Assembly (NCBI GenBank): GCA_036172245.1
Contig: JAYWIR010000036.1
Location: 1-64,000, forward strand
Length of the DNA stretch: 64,000 nucleotides
DNA from: Raillietiella orientalis
Taxonomy: Eukaryota
Reading direction: 5' to 3'
The notes under the pieces: model-generated
Database searches by the model: none
What the model was told of the DNA's origin: nothing
What the model saw: the letters and a program-made list of their open reading frames with translations, nothing else
Program-made: the position numbers and the translations under genes
Part shown: positions 63,136 to 64,000 of the stretch, piece by piece
Layout: each line of letters begins with the position of its first letter
Numbering within the stretch: the first letter of the stretch is position 1

Positions 63136-64000
63136 AGCCCCAGCGCATCAGCATCAGCGCTGACTCCTATCACTTCAATGGGAGGGTGTGCGTGTCCAAA
63201 AGCACCGGAGGCCACTGCAGATCTTCCTCAGAAATGCCCAGTAGCAGCACCCCTCAGCATGCGAGAGGGTGGAGGGAAGCACGAAACCGTCCTGAACGAG
63301 GGAATGCGTCCCCACCCACACCGCGCCCTTGGCGATTCCCCGAATTCCTCCGTCCCCTCGCCCCTTCCCTCGAGGAGCCCCAAGTCTGCCCGTAGGGGAG
63401 GGAGGCGCGCCGGCGGAGTCACGGACTCCAGGCAGGAGGCGGGGGAGAGCGCCCCCCCCAACGCGCCCTGTGACCGCTCCGACATCCGCCGCCGTCGGCG
63501 CCACTTTCCCCGTCCGCGCGCGCGCTTTCATTGTTGCCTCACTTCCCGCTTCCGGTGGGCTCGCAACTTCTCGAAACTTTGATAACAATGGAAAAGGAAA
63601 GGCGGAATGCGTTTTTTTTCTCCCCTCCGCCCTCCCCTTGTCTCTCCTTCCCCAACTCCCGGGATGAGTTCCTGGGCGCTTAAGTAGAGGTCGTTGGTCC
63701 TTCGGACGGAGAGGAGGAGCAAAGGGAAACGCCCGGCGTCACCCAAGGCGACGGAGGGAAGATCTACGAAAGAGAATCGGACGAGGAAGGTCTCGGCTGC
63801 ACCTGGAGGGAGGCAGGCTCGGAGGAATAGGCAGGATGAAGAGCAGAAAAGGGAGAGGAGGATCCTTTTCACAAGTCGATCCCTCTTCCCGGGATGGGCT
63901 GGATTTCGGTCCCCGTCCACTTTTTGCCGCGCGCGGCAAAGCAGCATCTGGGGGAAATAAGGCAGGCATTTAGGAGTCAAGAAGGCGTAGCGACAGGAAG

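Noticed and set aside
1..64000. tRNA, rRNA, SL RNA or telomeric repeats
   Set aside because: None recognised by eye. A covariance-model scan would be needed to exclude them.

Overview
This is eukaryotic DNA. The 45-328 nt GT-AG introns and T-rich acceptors suggest a compact invertebrate genome, possibly a nematode, but the taxon is an inference. Only one host gene is well supported: a five-exon COQ4 (ubiquinone biosynthesis) on the minus strand at 20950-22236, in a ~4 kb AT-rich island. Most of the rest is a GC-rich nest of decayed non-LTR retrotransposons in both orientations. These include L1/Tx1-like pieces (RRM/zinc-knuckle ORF1, APE endonuclease, RT, zf-RVT) and RLE-type NeSL/Utopia/R2-like pieces; none is intact. 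Several rearrangements are superimposed: a ~9.86 kb tandem duplication (1-8885 vs 9865-18745) whose breakpoint lies inside two related retroelements; a near-identical ~0.9 kb inverted pair 23 kb apart; a small Tc1/mariner-pogo-type MITE family; a degenerate 24-bp array; and a few hairpins. I cannot support a new multi-gene system. The most interesting signals are the rearrangement and homogenisation patterns, and some of these may be assembly or polishing artefacts. Boundaries of the decayed elements are approximate and identities were judged by eye.
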